64,000 nt of DNA, taken from positions 3,286,001-3,350,000 of the forward strand of contig CATNEN010000030.1 of assembly GCA_950097015.1 (NCBI GenBank), in the 5' to 3' direction. A model generated the notes under the pieces. It searched no databases. It was not told the DNA's origin and saw nothing but the letters and a program-made list of their open reading frames with translations. Numbering within the stretch: position 1 is the first letter of the stretch; each line of letters begins with the position of its first letter. Of this stretch, positions 14,101 to 25,320 are shown in pieces. A program made the position numbers and the translations under genes. The DNA comes from Macrostomum hystrix. Its lineage: Eukaryota; Animalia; Platyhelminthes.

Positions 14101-17100
14101 CCCAGCTAATGCTGGTACCCATTTAATAGCCGGGTGAGCTGAAGCAATGCAAAGTAAAGAGTCTTGCCAAATCACAAAAATTTTTCCTCTGTAGTCGGGA
14201 ATCGAACCCCCGACTTGGATTCGGGAATCGAACCCCCGACTTGGATTCGGGAATCGAACCCCCGACTTGGATTCGAGAATCGAACCCCCGACTTGGATTC
14301 GGGAATCGGACCCCCGACTTGGATTCGGGAATCGAACCCCCGACTTGGAGTCTTGAACTATTGAATCTTGATTAACGCAGAATCTCTATCCTAGCTCAAC
14401 ACATATCGGCTGAGGCTCAGGCCAGAGTCCCCCGCTCCCTATACCAGCCAATGAGCACAGCCATGGCAACAATGCAGCTGGGCAGGCAGACCAGCAGGCC
14501 GATGGCGGCTGAGCCGACTAGCATAGCTACGCACTGCCTCTGCTCGCCAATCTGGGCTAGAAAGCTGGCCAGAATGAAGGCCAGGCCGATGGCCAAGACC
14601 AGCACGTGGGCGGCGCAGGCGGCCAGCTGTAGACGGGCGTTGAGAAACAGGCGGCCGCTCAGGCAGCTGATGCTGACGCTGAGGCCGGCTACTAGAATGC
14701 TGCTAGCGCAGGCCGCGAAGCCGAGACCTGCGCGTCAAGATTTAGGGGGGTTTTCTTTGACAGATTGCTAGTCCACCTGGCTGGATAATGCTGGGAGATT
14801 AGGCACTGATTAGTCCTCTGGCAAGCAAGCGCACCGCCATCGGAAGCCTTATTATCTGTCCCTGCCCGGCCAGACATTCTCATCCGAATCATGAGCTGTT
14901 TCTTGCTTTGATTCTCATTTCCGAAATGTGCCGTTTAGATATATTATAGTTGGAACTGTTGGGCCATTTTGGACCGCATGTACAACCAGTTTGGCGCTTC
15001 CAAAGGCTGTGTACAGTCCATGGACTGGGAGGCATGATACACACTTTACAGCTGGGTGAACCTAAGGCTATGCCAAATTGCGAGTCTTGTCCACGGACAC
15101 AAACAGTTTTTAACTCCTGGCCTGTCTTAGTTAATCTAGTTAGTTAGTTTTCTCTTAAAAATGTTCCATTATTTAAATAATTGATCTAATAATTTTTTTT
15201 ATAATAATAATTTGATTACACCTGCCCCAATTGGGCCAGATGTGCAGCCGACAGCACAGCCGCAGCTATTGCGCGGCGCATCTGAAGGCTGCGTACAGCT
15301 GTTCAGTCCATGGACTGGGGGGACGCCACACCCACCTTCAATTATCCCAGCTGATGCTGGTACCCATTTAACAGCTGGGTGAACTGAAGCAATGCAGAGT
15401 TAAGTGTCTTGCTAAAGGACGCAAATTGTTCCAGTGGAGTCGGGAATCGAACCCCCGACCTTCAAGTTGTGAGTCCGATGCCCTAACCACTAGGCTACAA
15501 CCTCATTATTTAAATGAAAAATATTAGTAAAGGCTTTAGCTATAAGCACTAGCAAATAAAGGGGGGATAAATAAACTAATTTCAGAGTTGTTCAGACAGC
15601 CTGATTGTCAGATGTGCAAATACAGCATATACTGTACAATCCCGCATCAGCCTTCTATCATATCTAGCAGGGGTGATCAGAATTACCAGCCTGTGCTATG
15701 CTGGGATCTTTATAAGAAGCAATCAAAAAACAAATTAGCACTAAAACTATGAGGAAATGGAAGATTGGATTACATTGGATTAATCAGCTTATTTTTGTAA
15801 TACACTTCAATCCATTTTAGTTTAATGAAAAAAAGAAAAAGTAGAAGACCGGTGAAATCAATATATTGAACTCATAATGAATAGAAATGTGTGGTGTGTG
15901 TGCAGTGTTGCTTGGCCAATTAATGAAGCAACTGAACCAAATTAGAGTTAATAGGATTTGCTCTGTTTTTTTCTCTACCGGTTTGAAACCAAGCGCGAAG
16001 GACTATAATCCGTTCCCGAGTCTCATTTCTCTGTGGAGCATTGAGTATAACACAATTGTGTCTGTCCTGAGAGCGAATTTATCGAACTTCGGACCGTCAC
16101 GCTTTTGATTTCTTTACTAAATTACTGCAGCTCGAAATTCGAAACTCGAAACTCGCTTCGAAACTCGAATTTCTGGACTGATTCGATTTTTTATCCTTTT
16201 TTTCGAGGATAAAACTTATTAAATGAATCCTGTACCTGTGTGTGTGTGTGTGTGCGCGGTCCATTGAGCATGTGCTCAGCGGTCAGTGAAATATTCAGAA
16301 CTGTCCAGATTACGAGCTATAATACCTGCATATAGTCCAGATATATAAAACTGAACACCTATCCTCAGCTAATGCTGGTAATAATTTAACAGATGGGTGA
16401 TCTTAATCAACGCATAGTTAATTGTCTTGCTATCGGTCACAAATTGTTCCAGTAAAGTCTGGAATCGAACCTCCGACCTTCAAATTGTAATTCCTACGCT
16501 CTAACCACTAGGTTACAATTCCTCTTTATCTTATTCCTTTGAAATCAAACAAGTCCGCATGATGATTGATTTGTCATACGATCGATGCGACCCTGGCTGC
16601 ATCTCTGAGTTATTATAAAACATCTCTTTTATTCTATAAAGTCTTTCTTGTCATAATTTTTGTTGCACAAGATAAAAGAGAAAATATTACACTATATATT
16701 AATCTAAGTACTGAGCAGTTATTTATGCTTGTAAATCATTTGAGTACGTAGTAAGGCAGTTTGTGTCTCACTTTACTGCATGAAGTCAGCCCCAAGCTCA
16801 TCAAGTTAGAACTGCGAGTATATATGCAGTAGTAGCCAATTTACTAAGTCCATTTCTATTCCTCTCTTGATTCTAGCGTAGAATCTCCTTTAGTCCTAAT
16901 TTTTATAATAGTGGCCAGTCGTGCCTTACCCCCGCTTCTATTCCTTCCTGTCTCCTCATTGCCTGATACGCGCGACTCCTGATAAGAGGGTTCGGCTTGC
17001 TTGACCAAGCGAACTGCTTCAGCCTCCGCGGCACCAACCCCAAGCCGGCTTTCTCCACAATGCTGTCTTAGGAGGCGAATCTTATTAACTAGAGTGACGA

Positions 17101-20100
17101 AGTCAAAGTCCACCCTTGGTTATATACCCTCTTAGATGACGATTTTTACTCGTAGTTTCTGTTACAAGCTATGTTATGCTTTTTCATTTACTAAACTGAG
17201 CTTGTAGCAGACGCACTTCTACCTGCGTTGTCGGGAGTTCGAATCCTGTAGTTAGAGTAGACATTCGGGTGGTTTCGGGTTTCCCAACTAGGTAATTTGT
17301 GATACTATCTTAATATAAACCGTCATACTTGAGTTATTTATAATTTTAATCGGTTCTTTTGCCGTCAAAACTGTTTTATTAAAAATATCCGATCATGACT
17401 AGTAAAATAGCGGACTGACTGTCCAAAAAGTATTGACTTCAGTCGGGCAAGTGCTTCGACTAAATTTTGCAATGTACTTTTGCTGAGCTCAGTAACGTGC
17501 TTTAGCTGACGTGACGTCAGTAATGTACTTTTGCTGACGTGACGTCAGTAATGTACTTAAGCTGACGTGACTTCAGTAGTTTACTTGGCATGATGTGACG
17601 TCATTAGTGTACTTAAACTGAGGTGACGTCATTAGTGTACTTAAACTGAGGTGACGTCATTAGTGTACTTAAACTGAGGTGACGGCATTAGTGTACTTAA
17701 ACTGAGGTAACGTCAGAAGTGTACTTGGGCTGATGTGACGTCATTAGTGTACTTAAACTGTGGTGACGTCATTAGTGTACTTAAACTGAGGTGACGTCAT
17801 TAGTGTACTTAAACTGTGGTGACGTCATTAGTGTACTTAAACTGAGGTGACGTCATTAGTGTACTTAAACTGAGGTGACGTCATTAGTGTACTTAAACTG
17901 AGGTGACGTCATTAGTGTACTTAAACTGAGGTAACGTCAGAAGTGTACTTGGGCTGATGTGACGTCAGTGACGTTGGCAAAAAAATGTTGCTTCTTTTAG
18001 TATGAAGGCTAAAATCCTTTTAAATTTAACTTTTAACTTTTTATTTCACTTTAACTTCCGTGTAGGACCAACCTGTTTTGCACTCCAATAAAAAAAGCAA
18101 TATAGTGAGATGGAACACTGTCGAATGTACTTTCTCTAAATGGTTTTATAAAGTATAGTACAGGTGTAGCTTAGCATCCTATGTGGGATTTTTTATTACT
18201 GTTTCCTTTAAAAAAATCCTGGGACAGATGTTTGAGGCTACTTTTTGTTCATGCATCCGATTCATTTGAGTGCACCGCCCCATTAGCCTTTGAGTACTTG
18301 CTCTTAAGTGCCGTCTACTTTCAGTACAAGGCGAAACCGAGTTAATGTTAAACTACAGTCGCTAGGCTTAACTCGAGCGTTTAAGATGCTCGTACTGAGA
18401 GGCCTTCTTTTCATTCAGCGCTATTCAAGCTTCGTTAACGTTAAGGGAATTATTTACGCTTCAAAAACCGCAGGCTGTCTTTGATTGTATTTTCGGTTAA
18501 AATAATCCCTTTTAGTTGCATCTCCTATCTCGAAGTCTCGATTCAATGTCTTTAAATTCCTTTTTCTCAGATGCTCACAGTGAGCAGTCACCATCTCAGA
18601 TGCTCACAGTGAGCAGTCACCATCTCAGATGCTCACAGTGAGCAGTCACCATCTCAGATGCTCACAGTGAGCAGTCACCATCTCAGATGCTCACAGTGAG
18701 CAGTCACCATCTCAGATGCTCACAGTGAGCAGTCACCATCTCAGATGCTCACACTGAGCAGTCACCATCTCAGATGCTCACAGTGAGCAGTCACCATCTC
18801 AGATGCTCACAGTGAGCAGTCACCATCTCAGATGCTCACAGTGAGCAGTCACCATCTCAGATGCTCACAGTGAGCAGTCACCATCTCAGATGCTCACAGT
18901 GAGCAGTCACCATCTCAGATGCTCACAGTGAGCAGTCACCATCTCAGATGCTCACACTGAGCAGTCACCATCTCAGATGCTCACAGTGAGCAGTCACCAT
19001 CTCAGATGCTCACAGTGAGCAGTCCTAATCTCAGGTCCTCACAGTGAGCAGTCACCATCTCAGATGCTCACAGTGAGCAGTCACAATCTCAGATGCTCGC
19101 AGAGAGCAGTCCTAATCTCAGGTCCTCACAGTGAGCATTTCTTAAAAAACTAGGTTTTGTAACCTTTTTCAGTGTTTGCACGTCAAATGCAACCATGCAA
19201 CCCTAAAAGTGCAGATGGTTTGGTCGAAATTTCTTTGCAACTCAATATATTTGAACTCAGTTCTGGCACAGTGAAGCCTCTATTGATGCTTTGAAAAAAA
19301 CTATTCGCTCCGATAGAAATGCTTCTATTCTAGCTTGTATCAATTGAATTTTAGCTATTTTTGCTCAGTTTTTTTGGGGAGATTGTTTGTGCTCTGTGTC
19401 TCGTTTCGTTATTTTTTAATTATGTCAGATATTCTCTTTGAATTTTCTATTTAAAGAGCTCAGCCTATTTAATTAGAAAATTTGCTATTGCATAATTTAC
19501 AAGTACATTCGGCTGAATTGTAAGACTGCTCATACTATCCTAATCGATCAGTCAGTATGCTCATCAATGCTCATCAACCCGGACACTCATCAATGCCCCG
19601 GACACTCATCAACACACCGGACACTCATGAATGCCCCGGACACTCATCAACACACTGGACACTCATCAATGCCTAGGACACTCATACCGGACACCCCGTA
19701 CACTCATCAATGCCTAGGACACTCATTCCGGACACCCCGTACTCTCATCAATGCCTAGGACACTCATACCGGACACCCCGTACTCTCATCAATACCCTGG
19801 ACACTCATACCGGACACCCCGTACACTCATCAATGCCTAGGACACTCATACCGGACACCCCGTACACTCATCAATGCCTAGGACACTCATACCGGACACA
19901 CCGTACACTCATCAATGCCTAGGAAAATCATACCGGACACCCCGTACTCTCATCAATACCCTGGACACTCATACCGGACACCCCGTACTCTCATCAATAC
20001 CCTGGACACTCACCCCTAACGCCGGTGCAAGAGTTGGCGGCAAAGACGCCGTCAGCGGAGGCGGCCACGGCGCCGTAGAGCAGCACTCCGACGGCGCTGC

Positions 20101-23100
20101 CGGCCAGTTTTCGCTTGTCGGTCAGAACCTTGTCTTCGCGTCCGTCGCCGCCGCCGCCCCCGGCGCTAAGGCCAGTCTGCATCTTTCTGGCCGGCGCAAC
20201 GAATGGCATGGCTGCTGATCAATATTTCCGATTGGAATTAGTCTCACTGCACTTTTAGTATTGCCGTAAATGCTATTTTTTAATTCTAGCATCAAGCCAG
20301 CCAGTGCTGGTTAAATTTAAAGTAGTATCTGGGCGTGATTGGACAAATGATCCTCTGTCCAATCGCCCTGCGCCTACTGAGGCCAGACTGTTGAAAGATT
20401 TAAACAAAAATAAAACAAAAGTACTCGCCGAATCCTCGAAAATTGAATGCTAACAAATTGATGATGCATTCTATCTTTCTCCTGCTTTTTATAGGCAGTT
20501 TTTTTAATACGAGCGTAATATAAAACTCTTTTCATTCTTTTTATTCTACTTTTAAACTGATTGATCGGCTGTAGATTTCTATCCTTCTCCCTGTACCAAC
20601 TCGGATTGATTGATGAATGCCACCTCCGCCTCCGCAGAACACTTGCGCTACCCTGCCGCCCGGCCGAAACGGCCTGCGGGTTCAGAATCTCAAATCTGGC
20701 GATGTTAACAGCTCCCTGGTGGAGTACTTTCAGTTTGAATTCCCGCCTAACCTGCGCGACTATGTGCTGTCTGCCTTGCTGCTGGTGAGTATCCTCAGTT
20801 CTTGACCCACTGATTCTCAGTTCTTGACCCACTGATCCTCAGTTCTTGACCCACTGATTCTCAGTTCTTGACCCACTGATTCTCAGTTCTTGACCCACTG
20901 ATCCTCAGTTCTTGGCCCACTGATCCTCAGTTCTTGACCCACTGATTCTCAGTTCTTGACCCACTATCCCTGATCCTTAGACTTGACCCACTGATTCGTG
21001 ATCCTTGGTTTTTGACCTAGTTTTCTCAGCTTTGCGCCTATGTAGATTTTCTGTGATATCGATTCTACATCCATCTCCAATGCAATTCTAGAGGCTGAAT
21101 ATGACACGATCCAGTCATTTGTAATCCGAAGGTGCACTGGTTAAACTATATGTTGGAATTCGAGGCACATCATGGGAATATAGATGGCTAATCCTTATCC
21201 CGTGAGGATGGCCTACCTGCATTTCAGGTTTTTTTATCTGAGGATTTTACTTAGGTATACTCTCAGTCATTTTATTTGGAATGAGACGGATCGGATAACA
21301 TGTCCATGCTAATTGTACTCACTTTATTCTCGGGCTTCCATCATCTTCCAATTCCAGCCAGTACACACTATAGTTCCCATCGGGGATTTCGCCACTCAGA
21401 AGTGGCTAATTTTTTGCAGCCAGTTTTTGCAACAGGAATGCTGGTATGCTCACTGCTTTAGCAGCAGTGGGAATGGGCATCGGAGAATATTCGTGGACTA
21501 CTAGAACTTTTTAACCCTACAACTTTAACTCCTTATTTCCTCTTATGATTTTGACAGGTGTTATCCCCATTAGGTCATGTCAGGTGTTATCCCCATTCGG
21601 TCATGTCAGGTGTTATCCCCATTCGGTCATGTCAGCTGTTATCCCCATTGGATCATGTCAGGTGTTATCCCCATTGGATCATGTCAGCTGTTATCCCCAT
21701 AGGATCATGTCAGCTGTTATCCCCATTCGGTCATGTCAGCTGTTATCCCCATAGGATCATGTCAGCTGTTATCCCCATTCGGTCATGTCAGCTGTTATCC
21801 CCATTCGGTCATGTCAGCTGTTATCCCCATTAGGTCATGTCAGCTGTTATCCCCATTAGGTCATGTCAGCTGTTATCCCCATTAGGTCATGTCAGCTGTT
21901 ATCCCCATTAGACCATGTCAGCTGTTCTCCAGTCAAACCTGAAGCCCTAATTCGCCCACTCCTCTCCGCCGCCCGCCGATGGCAGCACATTATGTCGGAG
22001 CCTTGCTTCGACTATCTGCGCACCAAGCACCAGCTGGGCTACGCGGTGTTCTGCGACAGTCGACAGACCAACGGCGCCATCGGATTCATGCTGCAGGTGA
22101 GCAGCCAGGCCGACCAGTTCAGCATGGCCCAGCTGCAGGCCAGGGTGGACAAATTCACTGGGTGCCACTTTCTCAAATTGTTAGCGAACATGCCAGACGA
22201 GGTATTCGCTAACTATGCGAGATCCCTGGTGGATCTTGTGCTAGTGGAGGACGTTGGCATGACTCAGCAGGCAGATCGCTACTGGTGCGAGATACTGGAC
22301 AATGGCCCGGCCTGCCCGCCTGCCGCCTTCCGTCGGCACTACGCCGAGGCCGATCTCCTGCTGCACTCGATCACCAAGGCTGAGGCTGTGGACTTTTATC
22401 AGCGCGCACTGCGCTTCCCGGACAGGCGCTCCTTCAGCTTTCAGGTGAGGCGAACTGGATTTTTGATTGGGGAAAGGTATTTTTATTGGGGAACTGGTAT
22501 TTTGATTAGGGAACTGGTATTTTTATTGGGGAACTGGTATTTTGATTAGGGAACTGGTATTTTGATTAGGGAACTGGTATTTTTATTGGGGAACTGGTAT
22601 TTTGATTAGGGAACTGGTGTTTTGATTAGGGAACTGGTGTTTTGATTAGGGAACTGGTGTTTTGATTAGGGAACTGGTATTTTGATTAGGGAACTGGTGT
22701 TTTGATTAGGGAACTGGTATTTTGATTAGGGAACTGGTGTTTTGATTAGGGAACTGGTATTTTGATTAGGGAACTGGTGTTTTTATTGGGGAACTGGTAT
22801 TTTGATTAGGAAACTGGTATTTTGATTAGGGAACTGGTGTTTTGATTAGGGAACTGGTATTTTGATTAGGGAACTGGTATTTTTATTGGGGAACTGGTAT
22901 TTTGATTAGGAAACTGGTATTTTGATTAGGGAACTGGTATTTTGATTAGGGAACTGGTGTTTTGATTAGGGAACTGGTATTTTGATTAGGGAACTGGTGT
23001 TTTGATTAGGGAACTGGTATTTTGATTAGGGAACTGGTATTTTGATTAGGGAACTGGTGTTTTGATTAGGAAACAGGTATTTTGATTAGGGAACTGGTGT

Positions 23101-25320
23101 TTTGATTAGGGAACTGGTATTTTGATTAGGGAACTGGTATTTTGATTAGGGAACTGGTATTTTGATTAGGGAACTGGTATTTTGATTAGGGAACTGGTAT
23201 TTTGATTAGGGAACTGGTATTTTGATTAGGGAACTGGTGTTTTGATTAGGAAACAGGTATTTTGATTAGGGAACTGGTGTTTTGATTAGGGAACTGGTAT
23301 TTTGATTAGGGAACTGGTATTTTGATTAGGGAACAGGTATTTTGATTAATGAAAATTGGCATCTGATTATGATGAAACTGGCATCTGATTATGATGAAAC
23401 TGGCATCTGATTATGATGAAACTGGCATCTGGTTATGAGGAAACTGGCATCTGGTTATGAGGAAACTGGCATCTGATTATGATGAAACTGGCATCTGATT
23501 TTTATGAAACTGGCATCTGATTTTTATGAAACTGGCATCTGATTATGATGAAACTGGCATCTGATTATGATGAAACTGGCATCTGATTATGATTAAACTG
23601 GAATCTGATTATGATGAAACTGGCATCTGATTATGATTAAACTGGCATCTGATTATGATGAAACTGGCATCTGATTATGATGAAACTGGCATCTGATTAT
23701 GATGAAACTGGCATCTGGTTATGAGGAAACTGGCATCTGATTATGATGAAACTGGCATCTGATTATGATGAAACTGGCATCTGATTATGATGAAACTGGC
23801 ATCTGGTTATGAGGAAACTGGCATCTGGTTATGAGGAAACTGGCATCTGATTATGATGAAACTGGCATCTGATTTTTATGAAACTAGCATCTGATTTTTA
23901 TGAAACTGGCATCTGATTATGATGAAACTGGCATCTGATTATGATTAAACTGGAATCTGATTATGATGAAACTGGCATCTGATTATGATTAAACTGGCAT
24001 CTGATTATGATGAAACTGGCATCTGATTATGATGAAACTGGCATCTGATTATGATGAAACTGGCATCTGGTTATGAGGAAACTGGCATCTGATTATGATG
24101 AAACTGGCATCTGATTATGATGAAACTGGCATCTGATTATGATGAAACTGGCATCTGATTATGATTAAACTGGCATCTGATTATGATTAAACTGGAATCT
24201 GATTATGATGAAACTGGCATCTGGTTATGAGGAAACTGGCATCTGGTTATGAGGAAACTGGCATCTGATTATGATGAAACTGGCATCTGATTTTTATGAA
24301 ACTGGCATCTGATTTTGATGAAACTGGCATCTGATTATGATGAAACTGGCATCTGATTTTGATGAAACTGGCATCTGATTATGATTAAACTGGAATCTGA
24401 TTATGATGAAACTGGCATCTGATTATGATTAAACTGGAATCTGATTATGATGAAACTGGCATCTGGTTATGAGGAAACTGGCATCTGGTTATGAGGAAAC
24501 TGGCATCTGGTTATGAGGAAACTGGCATCTGATTATGATGAAACTGGCATCTGATTATGATGAAACTGGCATCTGATTATGATTAAACTGGCATCTGATT
24601 ATGATGAAACTGGCATCTGATTATGATGAAACTGGCATCTGATTATGATGAAACTGGCATCTGATTATGATGAAACTGGCATCTGATTATGATGAAACTG
24701 GCATCTGATTATGATGAAACTGGCATCTGATTATGATGAAACTGGCATCTGATTATGATTAAACTGGAATCTGATTATGATGAAACTGGCATCTGATTAT
24801 GATTAAACTGGCATCTGATTATGATGAAACTGGCATCTGACTGTGGAAAAGTGGTAATCTAGTTAACAAGTTCCGATTTCCACGTCCAGAGTTTTTTTCA
24901 TTCGATATTTTTTAATTAGACATTGTCCCTTTGATCTTTTGCTCAAGGTAAGATAATAATATTGACTATTATATGAGACTCGTATTCAAACTATCTAAAA
25001 ATACTAGTAAATCATCGTGCCTTAACCCTAACTCCTGCACGTGGCTGATACGCAGGTGTGTATAAATTATCACCCAAATATTAACCTATTTAAAGCATAA
25101 TATTGTTCCTAGTATCTACTGTCTATTTCAGATTGAAGGCGCCTTCAAAAAGGTGTCCTGTCGTAACGGTAAAAAAGTATTCGACCTTCCGTTGCACTAC
25201 CTGGACACCGAGCTGTCCTCGAATTCTTCAGCTGCTGTCACGGCTGACATTGTCTGGACTAGCAATCTGCGCGATTTCAAGGCCGGCTTAAAGTTCAACT
25301 TGGCCAGACCAATATTTTAA
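2115..25320 (+). CDS. NRDC: Nardilysin (N-arginine dibasic convertase), M16A/insulinase-family zinc metallopeptidase; 15 exons, about 1155 aa
   Basis: Exons with GT-AG boundaries and matching phases: 2115-2194, 3227-3581, 4119-4474, 5350-6384, 8781-8955 (in-frame alternative acceptor at 8787), 10240-10330, 11116-11167, 11928-12011, 12086-12155, 12419-12564, 13102-13261, 13606-13674, 20638-20784, 21986-22444, 25132-25320. Total 3468 nt = 1156 codons including TAA. Inverted zincin motif AHCLEHMVFMGS, downstream EREVQAVHSE, an acidic insertion after LDNGLQVLLI (nardilysin hallmark), and later family motifs KDRKFKTPR, GFNDKL, HGNC and EPCFDYLRTKHQLGY. Confidence 0.92.
3745..3900 (+). repeat. Dispersed repeat (unclassified), homologous to 55910-56430
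   Basis: GGGGAAAGACCACGA...CTGCCTACTTCACGA..AGCTC...ATTTTCCGCCCTT.ACGA..AACT.ACTTTCAAAG is shared by both loci. Confidence 0.7.
4831..5250. repeat. 39-nt minisatellite, nardilysin intron 3
   Basis: Unit GGATCCCATCTTTCATAGAAATCCCCGCTCGGATAAGCA, about 11 copies. Confidence 0.9.
6450..7377. repeat. 18/19-nt minisatellite, nardilysin intron 4
   Basis: Unit GAATGGAAGCCACAGTCCC and variants. Confidence 0.95.
7910..8645. repeat. 21-nt minisatellite, nardilysin intron 4
   Basis: Unit TCTCACAATCCCACACTCYTA. Confidence 0.95.
9301..10187. mobile_element. hAT (Charlie-like) MITE with an internal minisatellite
   Basis: TIRs CAGGGGTCGGCAAACT / AGTTTGCCGACCCTTG; 8-bp TSD ACATAGAG at 9293-9300 and 10188-10195. 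Confidence 0.88.
9383..10100. repeat. 17-19-nt purine-rich minisatellite inside the hAT MITE
   Basis: Unit GAGAGATRAGACACGGGGA. Confidence 0.9.
10491..10836 (-). mobile_element. tRNA-headed SINE family 2, full length
   Basis: Reverse complement GGGGGGTGAGTGGCAGAGCGGTTAACGCG...GAGCTCGATTCC, then body and (ATT)n tail. Homologous to 48404-48640 plus 50959-51016, and to 47404-47525. Confidence 0.75.
11250..11850. repeat. 16-nt minisatellite, nardilysin intron 7
   Basis: Unit GATTCACAGGAATCCY, with an internal GATTC/GAATC inverted repeat. Confidence 0.95.
13285..13440. repeat. About 42-nt tandem repeat derived from the SINE family 1 3' segment
   Basis: About 3.5 copies of CTGTGTACAGCTGTTCASTCCATGGACTAGTGG.TGTTTAAGT. 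Confidence 0.8.
14027..14360 (-). mobile_element. CORE-SINE family 1 copy with a tandemly amplified B-box segment
   Basis: SINE body at 14030-14190, followed by about 6 copies of the 26-nt unit CGGGAATCGAACCCCCGACTTGGATT. Confidence 0.75.
14417..20209 (-). CDS. Nested antisense gene: 168-aa small four-TM membrane protein of unknown family (MS4A/CD20-like topology, tentative)
   Basis: Exon 1 is 20209-20014 (GCC ATG, in-frame TGA upstream, donor G|GTGAGT, phase 1). Exon 2 is 14727-14417 (acceptor cctaaatcttgacgcgCAG|GT, phase 1, ends TGA). 196+311=507 nt, open throughout, GC-rich like host exons, four hydrophobic Ala/Gly/Leu/Val segments. Confidence 0.75.
15179..15504 (-). mobile_element. tRNA-headed CORE-SINE, full length (family 1)
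   Basis: Reverse complement has A box TAGCCTAGTGG, B box GGTTCGATTCC, a MIR-CORE-like body and an (ATT)n tail. TSD ATTATTTAAAT at 15168-15178 and 15505-15515. Confidence 0.85.
16295..16522 (-). mobile_element. Degenerate CORE-SINE family 1 copy
   Basis: CAGCTAATGCTGGTA...AACAGATGGGTGA...GGAATCGAACC...CTAACCACTAGGTTACAA. Confidence 0.65.
17490..17970. repeat. 28-nt minisatellite carrying 13 perfect TGACGTCA (CRE) palindromes
   Basis: Unit GAGGTGACGTCATTAGTGTACTTAAACT. Confidence 0.9.
18571..19137. repeat. 29-nt minisatellite, about 19 copies
   Basis: Unit ATGCTCACAGTGAGCAGTCACCATCTCAG. Confidence 0.95.
19555..20012. repeat. Composite minisatellite abutting the nested gene exon 1 donor
   Basis: Modules GGACACTCATCAATGCCTA and TACCGGACACCCCGTAC. 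Confidence 0.85.
20790..20990. repeat. 22-nt minisatellite directly after the exon 13 donor
   Basis: Unit TGATYCTCAGTTCTTGACCCAC. Confidence 0.9.
21555..21925. repeat. 26-nt minisatellite before the exon 14 acceptor
   Basis: Unit TGTCAGCTGTTATCCCCATTCGGTCA. Confidence 0.9.
22455..23340. repeat. 20-nt minisatellite
   Basis: Unit GGAACTGGTRTTTTGATTAG. Confidence 0.95.
23350..24840. repeat. 22-nt minisatellite
   Basis: Unit GAAACTGGCATCTGATTATGAT. Confidence 0.95.

Noticed and set aside
15430-15504. tRNA gene candidates (also 43830-43903, 55344-55410, 48404-48470, 10770-10836)
   Set aside because: A and B boxes are present but the acceptor and anticodon stems pair poorly, and each continues into a shared SINE body with tail and TSD.
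16110-16180. GAA/TTC-rich cluster resembling a heat-shock element
   Set aside because: The spacing does not match nGAAnnTTCn; it is more likely a short TCGAAAC repeat.
16856-17113. 85-aa minus-strand ORF (MDFDFVTLVNKIRLLRQHCGE...)
   Set aside because: No recognisable motif and no splice sites fitting the nested gene's phase-1 intron. Possibly a decayed TE fragment; unsupported.
18571-19137. CRISPR-like appearance of 28-29 nt repeats (also 17490-17970 and 54130-55325)
   Set aside because: Units are head-to-tail with no unique spacers, there are no cas genes, and the context is eukaryotic.
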